Source: Candidatus Margulisiibacteriota bacterium
GTDB taxonomy: Bacteria > Margulisbacteria > Riflemargulisbacteria > GWF2-35-9 > DYQY01
DNA length: 56,061 nt
Assembly (NCBI GenBank): GCA_028706105.1
Contig: JAQWCF010000002.1
Coordinates: forward strand, 1 to 56,061
Reading direction: 5' to 3'
Shown here: positions 55,825 through 56,061 of the stretch, one piece after another
Layout of the letters: each line of letters opens with the position of its first letter
How positions within the stretch are numbered: the first letter of the stretch is position 1
The notes under the pieces: model-generated
What the model was told of the DNA's origin: nothing
The model's input: the letters and a program-made list of their open reading frames with translations, nothing else
The model's database searches: none
Position numbers and translations under genes: made by a program

Positions 55825-56061
55825 TAGTAGAGGAGGGTGGAGAAACATGATTTTGGCTTTAAATGGTCGGGGTAGCAAGATACTCTTGTAAGCCTGAGGC
55901 TTACTGCGAGGACAACCGCTAAATTCGTACCTCATTAACAGACTGTGTCACAAACATGTTTCGAAATTTGTTCTTTCAATCTTTGAGCCGGAATTTAGGA
56001 TAAGATAAGTATTTTTGTACCCAAGTATTAGTCAGTAAGTTTGTATTATCTATGATTTAAG

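Overview
AT-rich bacterial chromosome segment; I cannot assign a taxon from the sequence. The flanks are ordinary housekeeping genes. On the left are uppP (partial), secF, secD, tgt, a GH57 glucanase and hom. On the right are queC, aspS, a GH57-type glycogen cluster (CBM48 protein, DUF4912 protein, GH57 branching enzyme, glgA), yebC, a DUF1844 protein, holA, an Smr protein, rfbD, an MCP, a GHKL ATPase-like protein and an ABC ATPase. The centre (10755-39473) is a five-gene, same-strand locus built around one uninterrupted 21.6 kb ORF of 7185 aa. By eye, that giant protein contains a complete SecA-type motor (NBD1, a preprotein-binding-like insert, NBD2), one HExxH zincin-like module and a C-terminal block of Gly/Ala-rich hydrophobic helices. 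The downstream 561-aa gene looks like a stand-alone paralogue of the HExxH module. None of the five proteins has a signal peptide or a whole-protein family I recognise, so this is the best candidate for an undescribed system. Other findings: (1) an MNT/HEPN toxin-antitoxin cassette sits between two protein-identical but synonymously diverged copies of the queC 3' end. (2) A GIY-YIG gene is bracketed by inverted copies of a 24-nt palindromic element that also occurs as a gene-less MITE-like pair and as a solo copy. (3) About eleven first-in-operon genes show a recurrent TATAAT-N6/7-ATG leaderless geometry. (4) There is an array of hairpins with homopolymer-G loops. (5) There are several tandem and dispersed repeat families. 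I found no rRNA, tRNA, CRISPR array, integrase or transposase.
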